Source of the DNA: an uncultured Eubacteriales bacterium
GTDB taxonomy: Bacteria; Bacillota; Clostridia; Oscillospirales; CAG-272
Length of the DNA: 64,000 bases
Reading direction: 5' to 3'
NCBI GenBank assembly: GCA_934378145.1
Contig: CAKXXW010000004.1
Location: 14,658 to 78,657, forward strand
Below the pieces are notes generated by a model. The model was not told the origin of the DNA, made no database searches, and saw nothing but the letters and a program-made list of their open reading frames with translations. This document shows, one piece after another, positions 9,452 to 18,612 of the stretch. The translations under genes and the position numbers were made by a program. Position 1 is the stretch's first letter. Every line of letters begins with the position of its first letter.

Positions 9452-10639
9452 ATGCGTTCAAAAGCAGCAAAAACAGTGCTGTGGGTGATCGTCGGCTGCA
9501 TTGCCGTGATGCTTGCGGTGCTACTCGTTCAGGTGATCATTGCCGCGTGCGGCGGGACCGGTGAGCAGGACGGCTCGATACTCGGTTCGGCATGGAATGT
9601 GACGACCGCGATCTTCTGGGTCTTCGTTGTCGCACTCGTGTTTGCGTGGCTGCTGACCGAGCATTCGTTCAAGAAAAAGGAAGAGGAGCCCGAGATCGAC
9701 CTCAGCTACCGCACACAGTATGTAAAGAAGTCGGCTCATGCGCAGGTGAAGAAGCCCGCCGTCGCCGGTGGCGCCCCCGCACCCGCTGAAGACGAAAAAA
9801 AAAAGATAACTGACACCGCCGAGGCGGAAAAGACCGCCGAAGAAACTCCTGCCGCCGAAGAAGAAAAGCCCGCAGCGGAGGATAAGCCCGCCGAAGAGGA
9901 GGCTCCCGTTGAAGAAACGGAGACTGCCGATGAAGCCGACGAGGAACCTGAGGATGACGACGATGACGGCGACAACGACGATGACGATGTCGACGACGAT
10001 TCCGAAGAGGATGACGACGCCGACGACGCCGACGACGAAACGCCGAATACCGACATCCCGCTGAATGCGGCGGCGGCAGCTCTTGCGGCTACCGGTCCCG
10101 AGACCGTGCTTTACAGATACCGTCGCAGCTTTGCATCAAGGATGATCCAATCCTCGGATCACACGAAGGCTTATTACGACACGGTGAAGAATAAGCTCCT
10201 GTCCTATAAGAATGTCAAATCGAGACAGAGCTGGAGCTTTGAATCCTTCAATCGCGGCAGAGTCAAGCTCGCAAAGCTGAATGTCCGCGGTAAGACCCTC
10301 GTTATGTACATAGCGATCGACCCCGCGACCCTTGCCGATACGAAATATCATATCCGTGATATGTCGGAGAAGGCAAAGTACGCCGCGGTGCCTACTATGA
10401 TAAGGGTCAAGAGTCCGCGCGGCGCGAAGTATGCCTGCGAGCTTATCGAGCGTCTTATGGCAGAGAAGGAGATACCGGTAAATCCCAATTATCAGGAGAT
10501 AAAGTCCGACCTTGCATACAGGAGCAATGATGACCTTATCGAAGAGGGACTTATCAAGGTCGTCTACAATAAGAATATGGATCCGAACGGCGAATACATC
10601 GCCGAGCAGGCCGATATCTCGGGTATCTTCAATAAGTAA
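9452..10639 (+). CDS. hypothetical membrane-anchored protein with a long acidic low-complexity linker
   Basis: GGAGGAAATATT precedes the ATG. There are two N-terminal hydrophobic helices, a run of E/D/A/P-rich sequence (DDDDDGDNDDDDVDDDSEEDDDADDADDE), and a globular C-terminal domain I cannot assign to a family. Confidence 0.6.
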   Translation: MRSKAAKTVLWVIVGCIAVMLAVLLVQVIIAACGGTGEQDGSILGSAWNVTTAIFWVFVVALVFAWLLTEHSFKKKEEEPEIDLSYRTQYVKKSAHAQVKKPAVAGGAPAPAEDEKKKITDTAEAEKTAEETPAAEEEKPAAEDKPAEEEAPVEETETADEADEEPEDDDDDGDNDDDDVDDDSEEDDDADDADDETPNTDIPLNAAAAALAATGPETVLYRYRRSFASRMIQSSDHTKAYYDTVKNKLLSYKNVKSRQSWSFESFNRGRVKLAKLNVRGKTLVMYIAIDPATLADTKYHIRDMSEKAKYAAVPTMIRVKSPRGAKYACELIERLMAEKEIPVNPNYQEIKSDLAYRSNDDLIEEGLIKVVYNKNMDPNGEYIAEQADISGIFNK

Positions 10640-10645
10640 GTCGGA

Positions 10646-10691
10646 AAAACAAAACAGGTGCTTACCGTAAGGCTGGCACCTGTTTTGTTTT
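10646..10691. terminator. bidirectional terminator between convergent genes
   Basis: AAAACAAAACAGGTGC...GCACCTGTTTTGTTTT, a long stem flanked by A and T runs. Confidence 0.75.
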
Positions 10692-10694
10692 TTA

Positions 10695-11528
10695 TTATAT
10701 TGTATGCAGAGCCGCGCCGATGACGGTCGAGAACTGCGCCATGTTGGGGACTGTGAAGTGTATCGAGAAGGAATTGCGCATCGAGGCGAAGACCTCGCAT
10801 ATCGGGTGCAGCTGTGTGAGATTTCCCGTCAGCACAACATCGTTGATCCCGCAGCCGCGTGCCGCGAAGACCGAGAGCATAGCGACCGTTTCGGCTACCA
10901 TATTGACGATGCCGAGGGCTATGTCGTGCTTGTCGGCAAGGTCGGAAAGATTCCCGAAGTTCGCCGCGGTGAGGTCGGTCTTTATATCGGGATAAACCTC
11001 CGGATTTGATATGTCCTTTATCCGCAGGTCGATCTTTGAGAGGTCGCCGCCTTCGCAGAGTTGCTCTATATGTTCTATCGAATCCATACCGAGTGTGAGC
11101 TTCGAAAGCCCGACAAGGGTGCCTCCGCCGACTCCGGTACCGCCGAGGTAGTCGACCGAGACGCCGCTCTCCCCGTGCTTTGCGTGGATCACCGCAGTGC
11201 CGGTACCCATACTTACGATGATAGCCTCGTCAAGTCCCGTGAGATAAAGTCCGCCGAGCCCGACGCACTCAAATTCGGGAACGAGGCGGCAGTCAAGCCC
11301 GTAAAGGGGACTCTTTATGAAGGATGACCCGACCCCCGTCATCATAACGCGGTCGATGCAGTCAAGGCTCAGCCCGTTTTCCGAGGTGAACTTGCCGAAG
11401 GCTCCGTAGACCGAGGTCACGGGGTCGTTTGCTCTCACGAATTGGGGATGGATAAGCTCGCCGCCCTCGCGGAAACCGACGATCTTTGTCGTGCTTCCCC
11501 CTACATCTATTCCTATAACAGCGCCCAC
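10695..11528 (-). CDS. coaW: type II pantothenate kinase (Staphylococcus CoaW-like, ASKHA fold)
   Basis: GIDVGGSTTKIV, MGTGTA, GGTGVGGGTLVGL and DLTAANFG, which match the type II PanK motifs as I remember them. Confidence 0.75.
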   Translation of the reverse strand: MGAVIGIDVGGSTTKIVGFREGGELIHPQFVRANDPVTSVYGAFGKFTSENGLSLDCIDRVMMTGVGSSFIKSPLYGLDCRLVPEFECVGLGGLYLTGLDEAIIVSMGTGTAVIHAKHGESGVSVDYLGGTGVGGGTLVGLSKLTLGMDSIEHIEQLCEGGDLSKIDLRIKDISNPEVYPDIKTDLTAANFGNLSDLADKHDIALGIVNMVAETVAMLSVFAARGCGINDVVLTGNLTQLHPICEVFASMRNSFSIHFTVPNMAQFSTVIGAALHTI

Positions 11529-11574
11529 TTGAGGATACCTCCGAATAACTTGTTTGAGTTATTATATCATCATC

Positions 11575-11603
11575 TTGCATTTTTTGCAAGTGCGTGGTAT
11601 AAT
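11575..11603 (+). promoter_or_regulatory. sigma-A-type promoter (extended -10)
   Basis: TTGCAT (11575-11580), 17 nt, TGgTATAAT (TATAAT at 11598-11603). Confidence 0.55.
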
Positions 11604-11636
11604 ATATCCGAAAATCTTATGTTTATTGGAGTAATT

Positions 11637-12461
11637 ATGGAATTCAGAAATCCGCCGACAGAGGCAATCAAAGAAAAAGAGCTTTATATCTTCGACATGG
11701 ACGGTACCATCTACCTCGGATACAATGTTTTTGACTTTGCGATAAAGTTCATAAACGACCTCCGCGCCGCAGGCAAGAAGGTGCTTTTCTTCACCAACAA
11801 CGCCTCGCACACCGTGCCTTTTTACATTGAGAAGCTGACAAAGCTCGGCTTTTCGCCTAAAAAAGAAGAGATTATGACCTCCGGAGATGTGACGAAGGTA
11901 TTCCTTCATCGTCACAGAGCCGGCAGATCGGTCTACCTTGTCGGCACGGACGAGCTTGTGGAGGATTTTAAGAACGACGGTATCAACATAGTTGACGGCG
12001 ATTCCGAGAAGGTCGATATAGTCATCACGAGCTTCGATACCTCGATGACCTATCACAAGATGGACAATGCCTGCCGCCTTGTCAGAAACGGCTCGGAATA
12101 TCTCTCGACCCACCCCGATTTCAACTGCCCGACCGAGACGGGCTTCATCCCCGACAGCGGAGCCATTGCGGCTTTCGTCACTGCCTCGACCGGAAAGGTC
12201 CCGACCTATTTCGGCAAGCCCTATGTTGAGACTCTTGATATGATCTGCGAGGCTACCGGAGTGAAGAAGGACGCCATGTGCCTCTTCGGGGACAGGCTTT
12301 ATACCGATATCGCCCTCGGCGCGCGCAACGGAGTCATGAGCGTTCTCGTCCTCACCGGAGAGACCTCTGCCGACGATGTCGACCGCGCAAAGCCCGAGGA
12401 AAGACCGACCTATGTCTTCGACTCGCTCGACGATGTCGACAGACTTATGTTCCGCGACTGA
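11637..12461 (+). CDS. HAD-superfamily subfamily IIA phosphatase (NagD-like)
   Basis: The ATG at 11637 gives MEFRNPP...LYIFDMDGTIYLG (DxDGT motif I), FFTNN, and a GDRLYTDI motif. The track ORF starting at 11442 overlaps the promoter and coaW. Confidence 0.85.
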   Translation: MEFRNPPTEAIKEKELYIFDMDGTIYLGYNVFDFAIKFINDLRAAGKKVLFFTNNASHTVPFYIEKLTKLGFSPKKEEIMTSGDVTKVFLHRHRAGRSVYLVGTDELVEDFKNDGINIVDGDSEKVDIVITSFDTSMTYHKMDNACRLVRNGSEYLSTHPDFNCPTETGFIPDSGAIAAFVTASTGKVPTYFGKPYVETLDMICEATGVKKDAMCLFGDRLYTDIALGARNGVMSVLVLTGETSADDVDRAKPEERPTYVFDSLDDVDRLMFRD

Positions 12462-12484
12462 GTAAGTAGGAAAGGAAACAGACT

Positions 12485-14248
12485 ATGGCTTTTGATGCCG
12501 GAATGCTTGCGGCATCGGTCGCCGAGATCGAAGCCCGTGCGCTGTCGTATCGGGTCGACAGGATCTCTCAGCCATCACGCGATGAGGTCGTTCTGACCCT
12601 TCACGGCAGGGGAGAGAACTGCCGCCTGCTGATAAACGCGGGGCCGAATGCGCCGAGGCTCGGACTGACGCGCGCGGCGGCGGACAATCCCGACAAGCCG
12701 CCCGTATTCTGCCTGCTCCTTCGCAAGCACCTCACGGGAGCAAGGCTGACCGAGGTCAGGCAGCAGGGCTTTGAGCGCGCTGCCGAGTTTACCTTTGCCG
12801 CGCGCGACGAGATGGGATTTTCATGTACGCGGATCCTCATTGCCGAGGTGATGGGGAAGTACAGCAACCTCATCCTCTGCGACGGCGACCGCAAAATAAT
12901 CTCGGCTATGAAGACGGTCGATTTCACGACGAGCAGCAAGCGGCAGGTCCTTCCCGGGATGACCTACGAGATCCCTCCGGTGCAGGACAAGCTGGATCCG
13001 CTTGATACCGACCGTGAAGCCTTTATGAAGGCTTTCGCGGCATTTCCGCCCGAGCGCACCGCCGATAAATTCATCTGCGCGACCTATCTCGGACTTTCGG
13101 CGACGACCGGAAGGGAGATAGCCTTCCGTGCGACCCGCCACACCGATACGCCGCTGACCTTCTGCGACCCCGAGACGCTTTTCGGAGCCTTTTCAGAGGT
13201 CATCGGTGTCATAAAAACAAGAAATTTCAGCCCGACGCTCGTGATGCTTGAAGGCAGACCGGCGGAGTATTCCTTTATGCCGCTTTATCAGTACGGGGAC
13301 GCCGCACTGAAAAGCTTCGACAGCACCGGAGAGCTGCTCGATACCTTCTTTTCGGAGCGGGATCGCGAGCAGAGAACGAGGCAGAGGGCATCCGACCTTC
13401 TGAAGCTCCTCACGAACGCCGAAACGAGGATCAGCAAAAAGCTCTCGGCACAGCGTGCGGAGCTTGCCGACTGCGAGAAGGGAGCTTTCTACCGCGAGAC
13501 GGGAGACCTTATCACGGCGAATATTTACAGGCTGAAGCGGGGCGACCGCGAGGTGACGCTGACCGACTATTCGCATCAGAACGCCGACGGGAGCTTTCCG
13601 GAGGTCAGGGTCGAGCTTGACAGTCGCCTGACGCCTTCGGCAAATGCACAGAGGTACTACAAAAAGTACGCAAAGTCGAAGACGGCGCAGATCGAGCTTG
13701 CAAAGCAGATAAAGCTCGGTGACGCCGAGCTTGAGTATATCTATTCGGTGTTTGATGCACTGACTCACGCGGAGACGGTCGCCGATCTTGCCGAGATACG
13801 CGACGAGCTTTACCGCTCGGGGTACGCCTCAAAGATGAAGTCCTATACCGCAAGCCGCAAGATGCAGAAGCCGACCGTGGCGAAGTTCATCACCTCGGGA
13901 GGCTATACCGTTTATTGCGGAAAGAACAATATTCAGAACGAGTATGTAACATTCCGCCTTGCCGAAAAGAGCGATTGGTGGTTCCACGCGAAGGGGACGC
14001 AGGGCTCGCATGTCCTGCTCGTCAGCCACGGCGAGGAACCGGACGCAAAGGATTTTACAGAAGCGGCGATGGTCGCGGCGTATTATTCGCGCGCCGGAGA
14101 GGGTGCGAGCGTCGAGGTCGACTATACGAAGGCGGGGAATGTAAAGAAGCCCGCAAACGGCAAACCGGGGCTTGTTATCTATCATTCAAATTGGTCGTGT
14201 ACCGTGACGCCCGACGCCGAAGCGGTGCAGAAAATGAGGGTCGGCTGA
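12485..14248 (+). CDS. rqcH: ribosome quality-control factor RqcH (NFACT / FbpA family)
   Basis: NFACT-N N-terminus (MAFDAGML...RVDRISQPSRDEVVLTLHG), a coiled-coil middle region, and an NFACT-R C-terminus (WWFHAKGTQGSHVLL). Confidence 0.88.
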   Translation: MAFDAGMLAASVAEIEARALSYRVDRISQPSRDEVVLTLHGRGENCRLLINAGPNAPRLGLTRAAADNPDKPPVFCLLLRKHLTGARLTEVRQQGFERAAEFTFAARDEMGFSCTRILIAEVMGKYSNLILCDGDRKIISAMKTVDFTTSSKRQVLPGMTYEIPPVQDKLDPLDTDREAFMKAFAAFPPERTADKFICATYLGLSATTGREIAFRATRHTDTPLTFCDPETLFGAFSEVIGVIKTRNFSPTLVMLEGRPAEYSFMPLYQYGDAALKSFDSTGELLDTFFSERDREQRTRQRASDLLKLLTNAETRISKKLSAQRAELADCEKGAFYRETGDLITANIYRLKRGDREVTLTDYSHQNADGSFPEVRVELDSRLTPSANAQRYYKKYAKSKTAQIELAKQIKLGDAELEYIYSVFDALTHAETVADLAEIRDELYRSGYASKMKSYTASRKMQKPTVAKFITSGGYTVYCGKNNIQNEYVTFRLAEKSDWWFHAKGTQGSHVLLVSHGEEPDAKDFTEAAMVAAYYSRAGEGASVEVDYTKAGNVKKPANGKPGLVIYHSNWSCTVTPDAEAVQKMRVG

Positions 14249-14260
14249 CACCGGATAAAG

Positions 14261-14297
14261 AATACGCAGACAAAAGCTTAGCTTTTGTCTGCGTATT
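14261..14297. terminator. bidirectional terminator (rqcH / spoVT convergent)
   Basis: AATACGCAGACAAAAGC-tta-GCTTTTGTCTGCGTATT, a 17-bp stem. Confidence 0.75.
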
Positions 14298-14303
14298 TTG
14301 TAT

Positions 14304-14858
14304 TCAGCTCTCGAGCTGCTTGCCGAGGAAGGACGCGGCGGTCTGGATGAGCTTCGTTTCAAGCTCGGGGGTGAAGTCCGCCGGGCGCGATTCTCCAGTT
14401 CCGAGTACCGATGCCACACATCCCACGATGTCGCCCTCGCTGAGGATAGGCATGGCACAGCTTATGAAGTGAGCCGAGTCCTCGGGGATTGCGGGGAGCT
14501 TCGCGGCGTCGTTCTGCCAGAGATAGAGAGAGCGTGCGGCAATGAGGTCTTCAAGCTCGGGCGAGAGCTTTTTGTCGCTGTATTCCTTGCGCGGAACGCC
14601 TGCGCAGGCGACCACGGCATCGCGGTCGCAGATGATGACAGCCATGTTGCATATCTTGTGAAGTGTCTCGGCGTACTGCGCGGCAAAGCCGGTCAGCTCG
14701 CCGATCGGTGAATATTTTTTGAAGATGACCTCGCCCTCGCGGTCGGTGTAGATCTCAAGCGGGTCGCCCTCGCGGATACGCATGGTGCGGCGGATCTCCT
14801 TCGGGATAACGACCCGTCCGAGGTCGTCGATTCTGCGCACGATTCCTGTTGCTTTCAT
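14304..14858 (-). CDS. spoVT: stage V sporulation protein T (AbrB-type swapped-hairpin N-domain plus GAF-like domain)
   Basis: MKATGIVRRIDDLGRVVIPKEIRRTMRIREGDPLEIY is the canonical SpoVT/AbrB N-terminus, and the 184-aa length fits SpoVT. Confidence 0.92.
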   Translation of the reverse strand: MKATGIVRRIDDLGRVVIPKEIRRTMRIREGDPLEIYTDREGEVIFKKYSPIGELTGFAAQYAETLHKICNMAVIICDRDAVVACAGVPRKEYSDKKLSPELEDLIAARSLYLWQNDAAKLPAIPEDSAHFISCAMPILSEGDIVGCVASVLGTGESRPADFTPELETKLIQTAASFLGKQLES

Positions 14859-15146
14859 TATTTTATAACCATCGCTTTCGGGTTTCCGAAAGCTTCCTTT
14901 CTTTCATGAAGCCTCCGCTCGTGTTCCGCCGTTCGGTCACGGCGGCGTGGAAGCGGGAGCTTTTCAGCCTTGTATTCCGAAAAAACCTGTGCATACGGGT
15001 GTTTTTTCCGTTTGCCTGAAACTATCTTGCGCAGAAAATGAAGATTTATACAAAAACGGCGATTTTGTTCGGGCAGATTATTTTTTGCTCGGTTCATAGA
15101 TAAAAGGCAGTGTGCCTGCGTGCCCTGAATCATGTATGATGCGGTA

Positions 15147-15176
15147 TTGACAAATCAGGTGATTATAGGTTATAAT
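15147..15176 (+). promoter_or_regulatory. sigma-A-type promoter
   Basis: TTGACA (15147-15152), 18 nt, TATAAT (15171-15176). Confidence 0.45.
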
Positions 15177-15221
15177 GGCTTTACATCGTGAAAGCATGAG
15201 GATTCCGCGGAGGGTAAAAAG

Positions 15222-15839
15222 ATGAAGGACGAGCTGAAAATAATCATTGATTATGTGGAAGGCAGACTCAGTGCCGATGAATTTAAGGTTGAATTTGACA
15301 ATAATAAAAAACTGCAAGCCTTGTTGAAGCGAAAAGTCAAGATGGAATTCCTGAAAAATCATGATTACTCCGTCTACAATTATTTCAAATACAGCGCAAA
15401 TTATCCCGCAAACGGTTGGAACACTGTTTATGTCCGAAGAAGACTTCAGGCTGTTCTTGAAACCTGGTTAAAATACTTCGATATTACATTTTGTGAATAT
15501 GAAAAATATGCAGAGGATGTCGGTTATTTATTGAAGATCCAACCTTCATGGCTTGATATCATAGATGACCAGGGGATTTTTGACAAAATAATTGCGGAAG
15601 CACCCGCCGATGTATCGAAAACAAAGCGGATAGAATGGGGGAAAGCCCGCATAAAAGAGCTGTTCCGCTATGACAAAACTTATCCCCGTTGGGTGCAATC
15701 GCCGGAATGACCCATTGTCAACGGGAAACCGCTTGTTTTCAGTCATCAGAGCAAGGAAAAAAAGGACGACGAGCGCGTATTTTACTACTTCTACGATCCC
15801 GACACAAAAGAGGAGACCGTAGTCGAGCAAATGTATTGA
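15222..15839 (+). pseudogene. hypothetical low-GC gene interrupted by an in-frame TGA at 15708-15710
   Basis: The ORF 15222-15710 ends ...YPRWVQSPE*. The same frame continues PIVNGKPLVFSHQSKEKKDDERVFYYFYDPDTKEETVVEQMY* to 15839, and a strong GC-rich hairpin follows directly. Confidence 0.5.
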
Positions 15840-15850
15840 AAGCGCAATTG

Positions 15851-15890
15851 AGCCCCCGCCCCGAGCCAAAATTGGCTCGGGGCGGGGGCT
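15851..15890 (+). terminator. GC-rich hairpin terminator
   Basis: AGCCCCCGCCCCGAGCC-aaaatt-GGCTCGGGGCGGGGGCT. Confidence 0.6.
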
Positions 15891-15927
15891 ATAAGCATAA
15901 AAGTAACGGAGGTCAATGCAAATTTAT

Positions 15928-15960
15928 AAAAAGCAGAAGATGCTGTGTCTTCTGCTTTTT
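15928..15960. terminator. hairpin; candidate left attachment-site remnant
   Basis: AAAAAGCAGAAGA-tgctgtg-TCTTCTGCTTTTT, a perfect 13-bp stem. Its core GCAGAAGA/TCTTCTGC recurs in the palindrome at 30113-30149. Confidence 0.5.
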
Positions 15961-16049
15961 CTTGTTTATTCAGTGTTGAAAAGCACACGAAAAATCGAAA
16001 CTGTATTTTTCAATACTTTCGTAAAGTATATAACTTTAAGAATATAGAT

Positions 16050-16083
16050 TTATACACGATTATCTTTTATAATTATACACGAT
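16050..16083 (+). repeat. direct repeats TTATACACGAT x2 (candidate integrase arm-type sites)
   Basis: Identical 11-mers at 16050-16060 and 16073-16083, 23 bp apart centre to centre, in the AT-rich region upstream of the integrase. Confidence 0.4.
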
Positions 16084-16246
16084 GTTGTCGAATTTGTCAA
16101 TAGCAAGGCGAATAATAAAAAAACTATTTACAAGCAATATACACTTATGCATATCAAAAATGTATTTTACAAGATATAGCGGGCAGAAAAACGGTTATTT
16201 GCCGTCAGCAATTTCGTCAATATTATACAGATGGGAGGCATCAGCC

Positions 16247-17371
16247 ATGCCAAGGAAAGGTGAAAACATTTATAAAAGAAAGGACGGCAGATGGGAAGGC
16301 AGATATATCTGTTTTTACGATACGGCAAACAAAGCCAAGTATGCCTATGTTTACGGACGAACCTACGGGGAAGTAAGGCAGAAGCTCATTGAAAGGCGCA
16401 GTTCCTCCGGACAACAGATGCATTCTCAAAAGCAAGCCATGATATATAGCGAGCTGTTGGATCTGTGGCTCAACTCATCACAGTTAAGCACAAAGGAGTC
16501 GACGCACGCTCACTATACGCAACTTATAAGTACTCACATCAAGCCACAGCTCGGTTCTTACAGTCTTTCGTGCATTACCCCTAAAATAATAGAAAACTTT
16601 ATAAAATTGCAGCTTTCCGAGGGCAGACTTGACAATACGGGCGGTTTAGCGCCAAAAACAGTTGCGGATATTCTTTCTATTGTAAAAAGTACGATAGAAT
16701 ATGCGAAGTATTTGGATCTTCCCATGATATGTAATCTCAACAAGTTAACGGTAAAGAAAAAAGATAAAGAGATCCGTGTTTTATCGGATGAAGAACAAAA
16801 ATTGTTGCTGAGTGTTTTGCTGACAAATACAGATCCGTACAAATTCGGAGTTTTTTTGTCCCTTTATACCGGTATTCGCATCGGTGAATTGTGTGCATTG
16901 CAATGGGAAGATTTTGACTTTGCCCACAACACCGTCAAAATAAATAAGACTATACAACGCATACAAAATACAGAAGATGAGACCTTTTCCAAAACAAAGG
17001 TCGTCATAACCGAGCCGAAAAGCAAATGCTCGGTAAGAACGATACCTTTGCCTATATTCGTTGCGGATACGGCTGCGCGGTTTGTTTCAAGCCCTAATGC
17101 ATATATATTGACCGGTAAGGATCATTATGCCGAACCGCGTACGATGCAAAACAGATTCAAGGCAATAGTTAAGGAATGCGGCATATCGGATGTTAATTTT
17201 CATGCGCTTCGGCATACTTTTGCCACACGATGTATTGAAGCGGGCTTTGAAATAAAAAGTCTGAGTGAGATACTCGGACATGCAAATGTAAACATTACTC
17301 TCAACCGATATGTTCATTCTTCCTTTGAACTGAAGTCCATAAATATGAATAAGCTGAGCTTATCTGTTTAA
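16247..17371 (+). CDS. tyrosine site-specific recombinase (phage integrase family)
   Basis: GGGAGG at 16233-16238 precedes the ATG at 16247. The N-terminus is arm-binding-like (IYKRKDGRWEGRY). The catalytic region has GIRIGEL (Arg), HALRHTFATR (H-x-x-R) and LGHANVNITLNRYVH (His...Tyr). Confidence 0.9.
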   Translation: MPRKGENIYKRKDGRWEGRYICFYDTANKAKYAYVYGRTYGEVRQKLIERRSSSGQQMHSQKQAMIYSELLDLWLNSSQLSTKESTHAHYTQLISTHIKPQLGSYSLSCITPKIIENFIKLQLSEGRLDNTGGLAPKTVADILSIVKSTIEYAKYLDLPMICNLNKLTVKKKDKEIRVLSDEEQKLLLSVLLTNTDPYKFGVFLSLYTGIRIGELCALQWEDFDFAHNTVKINKTIQRIQNTEDETFSKTKVVITEPKSKCSVRTIPLPIFVADTAARFVSSPNAYILTGKDHYAEPRTMQNRFKAIVKECGISDVNFHALRHTFATRCIEAGFEIKSLSEILGHANVNITLNRYVHSSFELKSINMNKLSLSV

Positions 17372-17517
17372 GCCGTCAAAAACACAGTCAGAAAGACTGA
17401 AATCCTTAGTAAATACGAGGGATTCGGTCTTTTTTTCGTTGAGTTATATACTTTACGAAAATGCGATTTACAGAATATGACAGGGATTTCGGCGATCCGA
17501 CACTCGGAGGTGTGCCT

Positions 17518-18531
17518 ATGCATAGCGTATATTATAATAATTTGAAAAATAACAAAAAAATATACGATGCTGCTCTCCGATGTTTTCAGAACAGAGAAAA
17601 AAGTTTTTCTGTCGAGGCTTCGTTCCCGGTAAATGAATTGGCTGTCGAGGTCTTGAATGATCATCCGGAAATCTTCTATGTGGGGCAGGAATTCAGAGTT
17701 ATGACTGGAATATTTCAGAGAGAGATAATGCCCGTATATTTGTATTCTCCCATCGAGGTCCTGAATATTCGTGATAAACTGAACGATACGGTCAAAAGAA
17801 TTATCGGCGGAAATATCAACAGGCATCAGTCAGACTACGACAAGGTTTGCTCTCTGCATGATTATTTCAAAAGCAACCTGAAATACGATACTGTCGCCGC
17901 AAGCGTTCACAGACCGAATGACCGCACCGTTGCAGAAGCTCACAGCATAGTCGGAGCGCTCCTTGAAAACAAGTGCGTATGTGAGGGATTTGCAAAAGCC
18001 TTTAAGCTCCTGTGCGATAATATCGGATTGGAATGTTGGGTCGTTTCGGGCATGGGTAGAAATTCAATCTGTTCCGGCCCTCACGCGTGGAATATTGTAA
18101 AAATAAACGGATATTATCACCATGTCGATGTCACATGGGATAATCAATATGCGGATCCTTCGGGGTTCCTTAACTACGGTTATATGAACCTGAGCGATGA
18201 TGAGATATCTTCGGATCACACATGGAACCGAAATAATTATCCCGCATGTCCATCTTCTCCATATAACTATTTTCGGGTAAACAATGCTTTGCTTGACAGC
18301 AGAGTTCAGCTCGAAAATATGCTGTACAACTGTTTTCGGGCGGAAGATGAATTCATTATGTTTCGGGTAGTGCGCAGAAGCGCCTTGGAAAGGGAAATAA
18401 ACGTTTGTCTGACAGACAGTATCCGACGGGCGTCAGAGCGATGTAAACACATTTCCGTTTCCGCGTTTCGATGCGGCGGAGTGGCGGAACAGCTTACATT
18501 TTTTGTTCAGCCAGATTACTGTTACGGATAA
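17518..18531 (+). CDS. transglutaminase-like cysteine peptidase-fold protein
   Basis: GGAGG at 17506-17510 precedes the ATG at 17518. The Cys-His-Asp pattern is CVCEGFAKAF ... GPHAWNIV ... HHVDVTWD. Confidence 0.75.
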   Translation: MHSVYYNNLKNNKKIYDAALRCFQNREKSFSVEASFPVNELAVEVLNDHPEIFYVGQEFRVMTGIFQREIMPVYLYSPIEVLNIRDKLNDTVKRIIGGNINRHQSDYDKVCSLHDYFKSNLKYDTVAASVHRPNDRTVAEAHSIVGALLENKCVCEGFAKAFKLLCDNIGLECWVVSGMGRNSICSGPHAWNIVKINGYYHHVDVTWDNQYADPSGFLNYGYMNLSDDEISSDHTWNRNNYPACPSSPYNYFRVNNALLDSRVQLENMLYNCFRAEDEFIMFRVVRRSALEREINVCLTDSIRRASERCKHISVSAFRCGGVAEQLTFFVQPDYCYG

Positions 18532-18612
18532 GCCGAGAGGCTTTTTCAGGTCCGAAATGATCCGACAATAAAAAATTATTCATATACGGAGACAGAGGAG
18601 GTACAGAAACCT

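Noticed and set aside
9780-10040. Repetitive DNA (GAC/GAT/GAA-rich) considered as a possible CRISPR or non-coding tandem array. The same question arose for 53771-53866.
   Set aside because: Both stretches are in-frame coding low-complexity regions inside ORFs with good starts. There are no regular repeat-spacer units and no cas genes, and the window contains no CRISPR array.
15708-15710. The in-frame TGA as evidence for an alternative genetic code (TGA = Trp or Gly).
   Set aside because: Many well-supported genes in the window end at TGA exactly where homologous proteins end, for example the HAD phosphatase at 12459-12461 and the operon ATGA overlaps at 36137 and 39412. TGA is therefore a normal stop here. 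A point mutation or sequencing error is the simpler explanation.
16082-16246. The upstream extension of the integrase ORF (the track start at 16082).
   Set aside because: The extension runs through very AT-rich promoter-like DNA and encodes no recognisable sequence. A GGGAGG SD sits correctly before the ATG at 16247, which gives the typical ...YKRKDGRWEGRY integrase N-terminus.
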